DNA of 63,450 nucleotides, filler included, from Licmophora abbreviata (Eukaryota), in the NCBI GenBank assembly GCA_900291995.1. It is 17 parts of 17 records of this genome, joined end to end, with 100 filler letters (N's around TTAATTAATTAA, not from the genome) between each part and the next. Parts side by side here need not be neighbours in the genome. Positions count along the whole stretch, not along the records: positions 8,048 to 15,735 come from OLMU01003904.1; positions 15,836 to 19,945 come from OLMU01003907.1; positions 20,046 to 24,878 come from OLMU01003908.1; 14 more parts are not named here. One strand, written 5' to 3'. Below the pieces are notes generated by a model. It worked only from the letters and a program-made list of their open reading frames with translations, did not search any database and was not told the DNA's origin. The position numbers and the translations under genes are program-made. Positions within the stretch are counted from its first letter, which is position 1. Each line of letters begins with the position of its first letter. This document shows, piece after piece, positions 11,844 through 22,796 of the stretch.

Positions 11844-12101
11844 TCTTGTATTGAGGATTCGTCGTTCAAACCTCTACCACTGACGGAGCAAAAGGGGAAT
11901 GAAAACAACACACAAAAGGTACTACAAACGCCAGACTTGTGTGCAGATCTTCCGATCTTTTGCGAGCAGAAGAGCGAAAAAAGCGTTCATGTGTATGGCT
12001 GTGTCGCGCAGCCGGCGCGCGTGCCATCCTCCAGTCTAGTCGAGGTAGTCAAACCAGCAGTCGCGTCGTCATCCTGTTCGGCTTCAATCTCGTGACACCT
12101 T

Positions 12102-12109
12102 TGACGTCA
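12102..12109. promoter_or_regulatory. TGACGTCA (CRE/bZIP-type palindrome) in the divergent CS / PAS-gene promoter
   Basis: Perfect palindrome about 180 bp upstream of the PAS gene ATG and about 260 bp upstream of the CS ATG. Function is inferred. Confidence 0.35.
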
Positions 12110-12287
12110 TCAGTACATAAAGTACGTAAAGTCTACGTGCATCATTGCAATCCATCACGCAACGCGAACCGCACTTCCAACTTTGACATCCCAAACGACA
12201 GGCTCACAAAACCAACAATTTCGATACATGACACGATCCTTCGTCGCCGTTGGATCTGAAACAAAGAAACAAAGGCAGAGATAAACA

Positions 12288-13337
12288 ATGCTGTCATCGT
12301 CATCGATGTCTGTGACCAAACAAGCTGTAGCGACGACAATCCGTCGTTCTACGAGTCGCTTGAATACGCCCATCATCCGCATGTCCCGTGCTTTCACGAC
12401 TTCTTCTTCTATCGTCAATGATGAAGCCTGGCGTACCATGCCTCTCAATCCTGCCAGCCTCCAAGAGTTCTCTTATGCAGCACCCACGTGGAGTCACGCC
12501 GTTTCATCGTCGTACCACAGTCCTTGTCGGCAGGAGGACAATTCAGTGGCGGAACACCAACACGAACAGGAAGACATGGACGAAGAATGGCTTACCAGGC
12601 CCCTCAATTCTGCCAGTCTCCAAGAATTCTCCTATGCAGGTCCAACATGGAGTCACTCCCTGTCGTATACTTCCCCCGAAAGCGACTTTTCGTCTTCTTT
12701 TTCTTCCGTCCGAAACGATCATTCTTCCGTCATTAACAACAACAAGCAAACGAACAAGCATCAACAAAACCACAAGGCAAAGTTCGAGTCCCTCACCGTC
12801 TCATCCCCCGAAACAGCCTCCGGTTCTGTCTCCATTGCCGAATTCTTGAATGATGATTTGATTCAAAAGCTCGTCCATACTACTACTCAAGACGCACTTC
12901 GTGTCCTTCGACCGTACGAACAGCTCGACAGCATCCTTCCCAAGACGCTTCAAGAAGTCATGGGCGACACGAGTATTGCAGATGAACCCCGCGCCATGGT
13001 CGTTACCAAACTCCAAGAACCCTTTGAAATTGTCAATGTCAATGAGGCATGGGTCGCACTCTGTGGATATACGCAAGAGGAAAGTCGTCACAGGACGCTC
13101 GGCGAACTCCTTCAAGGCCCCGAGACGAACAAGACGGCGGTGCAAGAGACTATTGAGAAGTTGCGTCAAGGAAAACATGCGTCGACTACCATTACGAATT
13201 ACACCAAGGCCGGACGCAAGTTTCGAAATCATCTCACCATGGGACCGCTCTATGATAGTCATCAGAGACTGACTCATTTCGTCGGAGTCTTGCAAGAAGA
13301 ACGAATGCCGGAGGAGAAGCAGCGCATGTCTAGTTAG
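12288..13337 (+). CDS. PAS (LOV-like, Cys-less) domain protein with mitochondrial-type presequence and internal repeats
   Basis: C-terminal AMVVT...FEIVNVNEAWVALCGYTQEE...LLQGPET...ITNYTKAGRKFRNHL...HFVGV. Arg/Ser/Thr-rich acid-free N-terminus. WxTxPLNxASLQEFSYAxPTWSH occurs twice. Confidence 0.85.
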   Translation: MLSSSSMSVTKQAVATTIRRSTSRLNTPIIRMSRAFTTSSSIVNDEAWRTMPLNPASLQEFSYAAPTWSHAVSSSYHSPCRQEDNSVAEHQHEQEDMDEEWLTRPLNSASLQEFSYAGPTWSHSLSYTSPESDFSSSFSSVRNDHSSVINNNKQTNKHQQNHKAKFESLTVSSPETASGSVSIAEFLNDDLIQKLVHTTTQDALRVLRPYEQLDSILPKTLQEVMGDTSIADEPRAMVVTKLQEPFEIVNVNEAWVALCGYTQEESRHRTLGELLQGPETNKTAVQETIEKLRQGKHASTTITNYTKAGRKFRNHLTMGPLYDSHQRLTHFVGVLQEERMPEEKQRMSS

Positions 13338-13546
13338 AGAGTTGAGATAGCTAGCTCTTTGCCGAAGTAGATATAATTGTATCCCCATGATCGACTATGT
13401 GTGTGCCAAACAATCGACAGTCATACTACTACAGAAGATCCAGATCCAGAATAAGATCCAGAATAAACAACATCGCTCTTCAGGAAACTCATCCTACTAT
13501 CATACGTCGTAAAAGATCTACTTGCTTCTTCTCACACTTCAAATAA

Positions 13547-15052
13547 TTACAGTTTGCTCTGCTTCAAGGTAGGTTCTCCAGCTGCCGCGCCCATGAGAGG
13601 AGAGACTTTGGCACCGGAATACTGAGGACTTGTTCCCCATGTACCCATGGTGACGAATTCTTCCGATGCCGTGGGATGAATCGCGATACAGGAATCCAAA
13701 TCGGCCTTTGTCGCACCCATCTTGATGGCCACACCGAATCCCTGCATCATCTCATCCGCACCCATACCAATCACGTGCAGTCCCACAACCTGTTCTTCCC
13801 GTCCCGCACAAATTAACTTCATAAAGGTCTTTGGTTTCTGATCGGGTTCCAGGTCAAAGACGCCATAGAACAGATTCGCAAATCGACTCTTGTAAATCTT
13901 GACATTGTCCTCTCCGTACTTTTCAATTGCCTGTGGTTCCGTCAGTCCCACAGTTCCAATGGTGGGATGCGAAAAGACAACGGTCGGTACATTCTCATAC
14001 GACACCTTGGCGTTTTTGATGCCACCAAACAGGCGATCGGATAGACGACGGCCTGCCGCAATGGCCATCGGTGTAAGTTCGACACTGCCAGCGACGTCGC
14101 CCAGGGCGAAGATATTGGGAACCGATGTATTCTGGTACTCATCAACCTCAATGTACGTCTTGGGAGTTAACTTGACGCCCACCAGGTCAAGTCCCAACCC
14201 CTGTGTGTTGGGTACACGTCCCGGTGCCATCAAGACGACGTCGGCTCCGTAAATGACGTCGCCACTCCTGAGCGTGACTGTCTTTTTCTTGTTATCATCG
14301 AGCTCGACCTTGGCGACCCCGTTCGTGTTACGATGGATCGTAATTCCTGCCTTGATCATTTCGGCATCGAGCGTGTCGCTAACATCCGGATCAAAGTTAC
14401 GAAGCGCCTTGCCCTTGCGGACGATCAAATGAACTTCGGACCCCAGTGCATTCAAGACACCCGCGAGTTCCACACTGATGTATCCGGCGCCCACAACGAC
14501 TGCCACCGGGGGCAAGTCTTCCAATTCAAAGAAACCGTCACTGTCAATGGTGTACTCCTGCACGCCTGGTTCCGTCGGCATCATGGGCCTCCCGCCGGTG
14601 GCAATGAGGATCTTGTCGGCCGTAATACTCTTGGCAGAGCCGTCGTTCGCTGTAATCTGAATGGTATGAGCATCGAGTAATGTAGCATCACCAGTGATCC
14701 AATCAACACCCGCATTCTTCAATCCATTCTCATAAATCTTGTTGAGTCGGACAATGTACGCATCGCGTTTGGCCTTGAGTGTCGGCCAATCAAAGGTCGC
14801 CTTCTTACTATCGACATTGAAGCCGTACTGCTTGGCGTCGTGCTGTAAGATTTCATTGATGCTGGCGGCACTGAACATGACCTTCTTGGGGACGCAGCCC
14901 ACATTGACGCAGGTGCCTCCGAGCCGACCGCGTTCAATGACTGCCACCTTGGCGGAATGCGATATCGCAGCCCGTTTGGCAGATGCAATGCCGCCTGAGC
15001 CTCCGCCCAGGACGACGTAATCGTAGTCGTAGGTTGACGATGAAGTAGACAT
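13547..15052 (-). CDS. GSR: Glutathione reductase with C-terminal PTS1 (SKL)
   Basis: GGGSGG FAD site, [13 protein letters not shown] redox disulfide, GAGYI and IHPTASEE. First in-frame ATG at 15052; protein ends KQSKL. Confidence 0.95.
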   Translation of the reverse strand: MSTSSSTYDYDYVVLGGGSGGIASAKRAAISHSAKVAVIERGRLGGTCVNVGCVPKKVMFSAASINEILQHDAKQYGFNVDSKKATFDWPTLKAKRDAYIVRLNKIYENGLKNAGVDWITGDATLLDAHTIQITANDGSAKSITADKILIATGGRPMMPTEPGVQEYTIDSDGFFELEDLPPVAVVVGAGYISVELAGVLNALGSEVHLIVRKGKALRNFDPDVSDTLDAEMIKAGITIHRNTNGVAKVELDDNKKKTVTLRSGDVIYGADVVLMAPGRVPNTQGLGLDLVGVKLTPKTYIEVDEYQNTSVPNIFALGDVAGSVELTPMAIAAGRRLSDRLFGGIKNAKVSYENVPTVVFSHPTIGTVGLTEPQAIEKYGEDNVKIYKSRFANLFYGVFDLEPDQKPKTFMKLICAGREEQVVGLHVIGMGADEMMQGFGVAIKMGATKADLDSCIAIHPTASEEFVTMGTWGTSPQYSGAKVSPLMGAAAGEPTLKQSKL

Positions 15053-15350
15053 GGGGACGGACACACTGTAGAGATACCGGGGTTGAATTTTATGGCTATC
15101 AAGGTTTCCCCGACCCTTTTTTGGAGCAATTTCGAACTTCGAAAATCGCGCGCAAGAAGCCTGCTCGAGCTTTTTCGAAAACGAAGTCGGAGTCGAGCGA
15201 GTCGACTGTCCAGTCGTGGGTGGATTTATGATATCGTACCTTTTGTTGTGGGATTGAGTCCAGTAGCCAGACTCGTGACTAAAGTGGGCGTCTCGTCTGT
15301 TCTCTGCCCTCCAATCCAAAAAGACAAAAGAAAGACACTGACATACGACA

Positions 15351-15735
15351 ATGAGACCTTCGAACGATGGCGCTGATGGCGGTAGCTGGAGCAAGGAGAC
15401 GAGTCATTCACCTTGCATGTTGTGCACCCCGATCATATTCAAATGCAGGATAGAGAATACCTTCCGGAACCAAGGAGACGGGTGTCGAACACTTGAGCGT
15501 TCCTGTCTCATCGGATGGCTCGACGGCGGGGATATGTGTCAAGCAACGCTTTACAATCACTCCTGGTTCGTCTGCGAGGGACGACTGTACCGGGACACGA
15601 GTGTGGCCTACAGCAATGCCGCTGCTGGAGAGAATTCTTCCTAATTTGAGTGGCCGCCCATTGCAGATTCTCGAGCTGGGGTCAGGGTGTGGGCTCTTGG
15701 GAATGGCGCTGGCGGCGGCAGGGCACGAAGTGGTT
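15351..15735 (+). CDS. METTL21/FAM86-type (Methyltransf_16) protein methyltransferase, partial (3' truncated by spacer; 5' exon uncertain)
   Basis: [11 protein letters not shown]...[16 protein letters not shown] motif I. Confidence 0.75.
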
Positions 15736-16092
15736 NNNNNNNNNNNNNNNNNNNNNNNNNNNNNNNNNNNNNNNNNNNNTTAATTAATTAANNNNNNNNN
15801 NNNNNNNNNNNNNNNNNNNNNNNNNNNNNNNNNNNACACCGTCTGTCATCGCATCCCATGTTGAATGTTGTTTCAAATTTCGAATCATTTCAGATTTCTA
15901 TAGTACTAATTTTATGTAGAAAGTCTCGTGGCCAATAGCCACACGCAATCCACGACCGTGCTGTTTGGGAGAGACGTCGGACGAGTTCTTTCGAAATCTC
16001 TGTGAGCTCTCTCATCTCCTCATCGCCGTCACACAGTCACATACGGCGTTGTCCTTGTGCATTTTCTCTTCGTCCTTTGAGCCACCACCACC

Positions 16093-17254
16093 ATGTCTGA
16101 CACTGCGAATGACACCAACAATCTGACTCCCATTACCGTCATTACGGGATTCTTGGGAGCCGGCAAGACGACTTTCGTCAATTACATCCTCAAGGAACAG
16201 AACGAATGGAAGATTTGTGTCCTGGAGAATGAATTTGGAGAAGTCAGCATTGACGATGGCTTGGGTAAGTCAAAATCTACAGTAGTCTACACAGCTCTAT
16301 CATACGACAATGGAATCCATCGTTGAATCCAAAACCATGACAAACTCAAAGTCTATATTTTTCTCAATTCTAAAATCTCCAGTCGCCGAATCCCTCGATG
16401 CTCCCGAAGACTTGATTACCATGGACAATGGCTGTGTCTGCTGCAGCGTGCGAGGTGACTTGGTCCGTACGCTGGGTCAGCTCACCAAACGCCGAAAGGA
16501 TTTTGATGCCATATTGTTGGAAACGACCGGCCTTGCTGACCCCGCTCCCATTGTCTACACCATTCAAACCAATCCCAAAATGAGTGACAACTACAGGATT
16601 GACAGTATCGTCTGCCTGGCCGACTGCAAGCATTTGAGTATCCACTTGGACGAGAAGAAGCCAGAGGGCAGTGTCAATGAAGCCCTGCAGCAGGTTGCGT
16701 TTGCGGATAAGATCTTGTTGAACAAGATTGATTTGGTGTCGGAAAGTGAGAAGAATGCCTTAAAGACGCGATTGAAGCACATCAATCAATTTGCGACGGT
16801 CATTGAAACGGAACGTAGCAAAGCTCCGTTGGGACAGATCCTGGGCCTACAATCCTTCAATATGGAGTCGATCCTCCAGTACGACCCCTCCTTTTTTGAC
16901 AGTCAAGAAGACCAAAAACACAATTTGGAACTCGTGAGTAGTGTCGGAGTGCAGTTTCCAGGAAACTTGCACGCGCAGTGGTTCAACATGTTCATGATGG
17001 ACTTATTGCGAGAACGAGCGGCCGACTTGTACCGTACCAAGGGTCTGTTGAGTTTTCATGGACAGGGCGATACGAAGTTTGTCTTCCAGGGAGTGCACGA
17101 GCAAATTAACTTTGGACCTGCGAAGGAACCGTGGGGTGCCGACGAAGAACGTATGAACAAGTTTGTCTTTATTGGAAAAAACTTGGATCGTGCGGATTTG
17201 ACGAAAAGCCTTATGGAGTGTCTCTACAAGGAGGAAGGAACAGGAGAGGCGTAG
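16093..17254 (+). CDS. COG0523/CobW-family G3E GTPase metallochaperone; intron 16265-16382
   Basis: ITGFLGAGKTT, ENEFGEVSID, GCVCC, LETTGLADP, LNKID and C-terminal YRTKG...FQGVH...FVFIG. Confidence 0.93.
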
Positions 17255-17519
17255 AGAAATTATGCTATTGTCGGCCGGTTGAGCAGCGTCTCAGTGCACG
17301 GGACAGAGCAGGCAGTCAAGAGAGTCTAATTTGCATACGAGGGACGAGACGGATGTGATCAAGCCAGCCTCGATGATGTAATAGCGTTGTGGTGTTACAA
17401 TGATACATTTCTACTAGAGACAAGCTTCCATCTCAGTGTAATAGCAGTGCTAGATTGCTGTAGTCTTTTTTCTACTCTTACCCACCAACCGCACAGACGC
17501 ACACCCAACTTTTCCATCA

Positions 17520-17900
17520 TTACTGAAACGAGCCTCCCTGCTGCTGCTGTTTCTTTGCCATCCGCCCCATGATGAAATCATTCGTATCCATCCACTTGTT
17601 CACAGTGGAATGGACACAGGCCACGTGAGTTCCAGTGAGAGAATCCGAAGGTGGCTTGGACGATGTAATGCACTTGATGAAGGCACGATCCGTGAGTTCC
17701 GTAATGACCTGCTGTACCAAAACCTGTTGCTGTAGTGCAAGAGAAAACTGTTGCATGTCTCCCATGCCCGCACCAGCAGCACTACTACTCATGTCCTGTG
17801 GAGGATGCTGTTGTCCCATGCTGCTGTCGTCCGTAAAAGTAGTAGTCGTCGACGACGACGATGAGTCGCTGTCGCTGCTTCCGCCGCCCCACCAAGCCAT
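17520..17900 (-). CDS. Small Tim (Tim8/Tim13-like) mitochondrial intermembrane-space chaperone
   Basis: QQVITELTDRAFIKCI...KP...LT...ACVHSTVNKWMDT...I.GR follows the zf-Tim10/DDP pattern. Confidence 0.75.
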   Translation of the reverse strand: MAWWGGGSSDSDSSSSSTTTTFTDDSSMGQQHPPQDMSSSAAGAGMGDMQQFSLALQQQVLVQQVITELTDRAFIKCITSSKPPSDSLTGTHVACVHSTVNKWMDTNDFIMGRMAKKQQQQGGSFQ

Positions 17901-18219
17901 GATTGTAGTAGAGATAGAAAGATTTGTTGTCTAGAAAGAGCAAACGTGATGGAGGAGCCACACGAAGGATGATGATTCAAACACGACGCCGTATAAGGGG
18001 TTTGTGTGGGAGTCGGCATAAGTTTACTGTATTCACGAAACTCCATGTCGGTCGACGGTCAAGCCTTCCCGCAACTTTTGGTTGGTCCACGAGAGTTTCG
18101 TCTGGCAGTAGTCCGTGATCAGCATAAAACAACTGCTCGTAGAAGTCTGCTCTCTAATTTTCGACAGAACAAAACCTCACTTCTAACCATGTGTTGATGA
18201 TTGATGAGAGGTGATTGCA

Positions 18220-20208
18220 ATGGTGATGCTGCAGGTCCCCATTAGAAATGCGAGGAATAGAATCTTTCGCAAATTGCTGCTCTCGCTGTGCTTCGTATCT
18301 GTGAGATGGAATCCTTGTTCATTCACAGCGAGCGCCTTTTCTTCACGGATGCCGGTATCCTCAGGGACATCAGTGCGTACCGAGCCGCGTCGAACCGTAC
18401 AGATAGCATCCTTTCGTTCTTCCGAATCTGATAGCAGCAGCTCGTCCGATGACTACTCATCATCATCGCACTACTTGGCCACTTGTCTACCTGGCCTATC
18501 GGGCGTCCTTTACGAAGAACTGACTGCGATTGATGGACTCGAGGACATTCAACAATCCGGCTCGGCTGCCGTTACCTTTACCTCACGTACGCTTCGACCC
18601 GTACTGCACGCTCTCTTATGGCTCCGAACAGCACATAAGCTACTGCAACGCGTGGGAACAACAACAGACAATCCTCTCTCGGCATTGCAGTCACGAGACG
18701 ACTTGTACGATTGTGTTCAGGACATGGTGGTGGACGTGCGCGACATGTTTGGCGATGGACAGGGCAATCTGTTGACACTCAGTGTCCACGTGACATTGAT
18801 TCAGCCCAGTCTCTTACCCAAGGATCTATGTCATTCGCATTATTCCGCTCTCACCATTAAGAATGCCCTCGTCGATGCAGTTCGGGATATACGAGGCGAT
18901 CGACCGAGTGTCGATACGGACTACCCCGACGTTCCATTGGTGGCCATGCTCAAGGGAAATAACAATGACGAAGGTGCTTCGCTCTCACTTTACAAGTCCC
19001 TTCATCCTCCTGGATCTTTGCACCGTCGGGGCTATCGTCGTGGTTCTGCCATTCACAAGGCCGCAATGAAGGAATCCATGGCGGCAGGACTGCTACTGGA
19101 GGCTGGATATGGTACTACGTCTCCAACGAATACCACAGTACTGGTCGATCCCATGGCCGGCAGCGGGTCGCTCGTGGTGGAGGCAGCCATGATATCGGCA
19201 GATCTTGCACCGGGACTTATGCGTATCAAATGTGGTGTACACGCGGGTCATCCACCTATCCTCAAGTGGAAGTCATCGAAAGAACAAGGTGCTGTACAGA
19301 TATGGAACCAGCTGCTGGTGGAGGCGACGGAGCGGGCCAAACGAGGAATGCATGCACTGCACCAGCACAGCAGTAGTAATGGTGATGAGTTATTATCATC
19401 ACCACGGATTTTGGCGAACGACATTCACGAGGGTGCGTTGGATATCTTGGAAGCATCGCTGCAGCAGGCGGGACTGCAGAATTGTGTGCAAGTGTACGAA
19501 CAGGATTGTCAAGATTGGACGCTGCCGCCACTACAAAGCGATGAGCGATATTTGGTTGTGACCAACCCACCGTGGGGTGTACGGTTGACCGAGGACATGC
19601 ACGAGAGTTGGGAGTCTCTGCGAGTGTTTTTACGATCGTGCCCTCCCGCAAAGACAGAAGCCTGGGTCTTGTCGGGAAACAAGGAATCGACGCGACATTT
19701 GGGGTTGAAGCGATCTAGAAGTGTGTCACTTCAGACAGCACAGCAGAATTTGCGATGGATTCAATATATGATTCTGAATAGGCCGCCTGCTGTGCGAGAG
19801 GAACATGCTGAAAAGGACAATGGACGTACGACTTTCGATAGACCATTGGAACGTGCCGTCAATCGTGATGAAGAAATGGGGGAGCGAGCACGACAACCGA
19901 GGACTGCACGAAAGCAATCGGTTACGGCTCGCACCGATCAGCATCNNNNNNNNNNNNNNNNNNNNNNNNNNNNNNNNNNNNNNNNNNNNTTAATTAATTA
20001 ANNNNNNNNNNNNNNNNNNNNNNNNNNNNNNNNNNNNNNNNNNNNAAAGCAATCGGTTACGGCTCGCACCGATCAGCATCAGCAAGTCGCAAAAACTCCG
20101 GCTTCAGTAAGAAACGACGACAGCCGGGTCGACCCTCGCAACAAATCCGTGACGAGACGTCTGACGAGAGACGAGCGTAAGGATCGGAAGAACTCATGGC
20201 TAATATAA
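18220..20208 (+). CDS. THUMP-domain RNA m2G methyltransferase (RlmL-like), probably plastid-targeted; spans a spacer with 35-bp overlap
   Basis: YLATCLPGL, SLHRRGYR, AAMKESMAAG, LVDPMAGSGS and VTNPPWG. ASA|F signal motif. The frame continues after the overlap to TAA at 20206-20208. Confidence 0.85.
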
Positions 20209-20242
20209 TAAGAATACAAAGCCTTGTTGAGCCAAAGCAACT

Positions 20243-22300
20243 TTATTGTACTAGTTCGCCCATGAGACTCCAGGTTCTCGCTTCCGTTATCAGTACGTTC
20301 ACGAGCTCACCACGCAGATCCTGCAAATCACCGTTGAAAAACACTTGGCGACCTTGTCTGGTTCGACCCATGACCTGCTCTGGATTCCTTGGGTTGGGCT
20401 CTTCCACTAGTACCTCGGTCGTTCTTCCCACATATCGCATGCTCCGCTCCATCCCATGCTCGGCTGCAAGCCTTTGGACTCGTTGGAGACGTTCCGCCTT
20501 GACTTCTTCAGGGACTTGGTTGTCCCACAAAGCGGCCTCCGTATTGGGCCTCGGGGAGTATGCGAAAGTGTTCAGGTTGTCGAATTTGACTTCGCTCATC
20601 AAGTCGAGCGTCCGTTGAAAAGCCTCATCCGTTTCGCCCGGGAATCCAACAATCACATCACCACAGATCGACGCATCCGGGGCTTTCGCACGAATCTTCC
20701 GAATGATATTCATGTAGCTCTCGTACGTATATCCCCGCCGCATATCTTTCAGCACGTTATTTCCACCCGCCTGGAAAGGCATGTGAAAGCATTCACAAAC
20801 TTTGTCGAGATCGGCAACGGCATCAATGACCCGATCTGAAAAGTACCGTGGGTGCGATGTTACATAGCGTATTCGCATCTTGTCAGGCAAATTGGCGTTC
20901 AGATAGACGAGCAGATCTGCAAAAGTACGTTTTGGAACCATGTCACGCCCGTACGCGTCAATGTTTTGTCCTAGCAGTGTCACTTCCTTGTAGCCTTCTT
21001 CCGCGAGGTCCAAACACTCCTTGAGGATGGGTTCCATCGGTCGCGACTGTTCTAGCCCTCTGACTCCTGGCACGACACAATACGTACAGTGCTCATTGCA
21101 GCCGTAAATGATATTCACCCAAGCCTTGACATCATGCCCTCGGATCGGTTTTGTGAAGTCCTCTTGATGGAGAATTGGCTGCGTCGCCACAACCTGCTTT
21201 CCCCACTCGACACTCTCCAACACAGACTTTAAATGCGGCACATACTGCGGTCCCAACACCACATCAACTTCCGGCACACGTCTCAACAACGCATCCCCCT
21301 CCTGTTGTGCCACACACCCCGTCACAATCAGCGCCAACTGCTCTCCATTGCGCTTCCGAGCTGCATACGGTCCCAGAGCATCGTACAGCTTTTGCTCTGC
21401 ATGGTCTCGAATGGAACAAGTGTTGAAGACCACCACATCCGGAATAGTTTTACTACTAGAAGTAGTAGTGTCGCCATCATGTTTCGTCAATCCCATGTCT
21501 CGTTCCAAAACTCCCGCCAATCGTTCGCTGTCTGCAACATTCATTTGACACCCGGCCGTTTGAATTCTATATGTTTTCGGTGCGTCAGGCATTTTCGGTA
21601 GAACACCCTGTCCTTTGAGTTTAGGTCGGTTGAGAATTTGATTGGTACCGTGAAAGGCACCCACGGGAGGCATAGTCTCCAACGTAGTAGTATCCGTGTC
21701 GGATGATATGGTAGGCACAATCCATAAGTCTTCCACCTTGATGACATGTACCTGATCGGTCACCTCGGATGTGACAATGTGAACATCTCCTGTCTTGGGC
21801 CGCTGTCGAAAGAGTTCTTCCAAGACGTCCTTGGGAAGAATGCTGTCTGTGTTGCTGGCACTACCATCCACCCATCCAATGCGCCCTCCATTCTCCTTGG
21901 TTGCAGTACAAGTACTAAGAAGTTGAACGACTGCTCCAAAAGGATCCATGTTGTTGTTGTTGTTGGTAAAATTTTGATTGTTGTCGAGATACAAGTCGAC
22001 TGCCAAACGAGCCGTTGCAGGTGTTTCCACCAAGAGGTGTCGTAGAAAGAGTGACGTTGTGTTTTGATAGTAGTAGTCGTCATGGACTGCCTCTTGAATG
22101 CGGGTCGGATACCACGACGACGAGGTCACTGCCAAACGTGTCGCTGTTCGGCGTTTCCTCATCCAAAACGAAGAAGAAGAAGGAGGAGGGATCCAGGCTC
22201 CTACACAACAATGGAGAGTTCCGCATCGAAGAATGAAGAGCAGGGTCATCATCATGATCGGTTCAGCTACTCGTACTCTACAGAACAATTGGACCGGCAT
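20243..22300 (-). CDS. miaB: tRNA-2-methylthio-i6A37 synthase MiaB with an N-terminal parvulin-like domain, organelle-targeted
   Basis: TAGCQMNVADSE, NTCSIRDHAEQK, radical-SAM GCNEHCTYCVVP, IVGFPGET, YSPRPNT and C-terminal TRAM domain. The exact start ATG is uncertain. Confidence 0.93.
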   Translation of the reverse strand: MPVQLFCRVRVAEPIMMMTLLFILRCGTLHCCVGAWIPPPSSSSFWMRKRRTATRLAVTSSSWYPTRIQEAVHDDYYYQNTTSLFLRHLLVETPATARLAVDLYLDNNQNFTNNNNNMDPFGAVVQLLSTCTATKENGGRIGWVDGSASNTDSILPKDVLEELFRQRPKTGDVHIVTSEVTDQVHVIKVEDLWIVPTISSDTDTTTLETMPPVGAFHGTNQILNRPKLKGQGVLPKMPDAPKTYRIQTAGCQMNVADSERLAGVLERDMGLTKHDGDTTTSSSKTIPDVVVFNTCSIRDHAEQKLYDALGPYAARKRNGEQLALIVTGCVAQQEGDALLRRVPEVDVVLGPQYVPHLKSVLESVEWGKQVVATQPILHQEDFTKPIRGHDVKAWVNIIYGCNEHCTYCVVPGVRGLEQSRPMEPILKECLDLAEEGYKEVTLLGQNIDAYGRDMVPKRTFADLLVYLNANLPDKMRIRYVTSHPRYFSDRVIDAVADLDKVCECFHMPFQAGGNNVLKDMRRGYTYESYMNIIRKIRAKAPDASICGDVIVGFPGETDEAFQRTLDLMSEVKFDNLNTFAYSPRPNTEAALWDNQVPEEVKAERLQRVQRLAAEHGMERSMRYVGRTTEVLVEEPNPRNPEQVMGRTRQGRQVFFNGDLQDLRGELVNVLITEARTWSLMGELVQ

Positions 22301-22796
22301 GATGGATCGGCTTTTTTGTCCTGCCTCACGACTTTTAAGAAATGAGCTTCACTGTACAGTAGAATCAAGGCTATCGTTCGGCTATGAAATAATGGCACTG
22401 GTGCACAGAGACGCCAGCATCAAGTGGCAGGAAAAGGTGCAATGTGATGATGGAACCGTGTCGCATCATGGTCGGCAGAGATATTATGTGGTCGGCTGGC
22501 CCTGTGCGGCGGTGAAACGCACAGACTTCGTCAGTCCGTCTATACGCCTACGTCGGACGCTGGACAGACCCCGTAGTGTTCCATGACCCTACATAGTTCA
22601 AAGTTCATCTGATGGATGAATCGCTTCCCCCGGTCATAAGATCTTAGAATCACGAACATACTTGACTCTCATCAGACAGGTAATTCTTGGTTGCACCGGG
22701 AGACTAGTGAAGAATCCCCCCAAGTATGATGGTATCTCCTTGATCATTGCAGAGATTTCATATAAGTTGGCAGCATTTCGTATTACAAACCCATAC

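Noticed and set aside
15053..15394. N-terminal extension of glutathione reductase as a targeting peptide
   Set aside because: It begins at TTG, has no in-frame ATG and overlaps the promoter region of the divergent methyltransferase.
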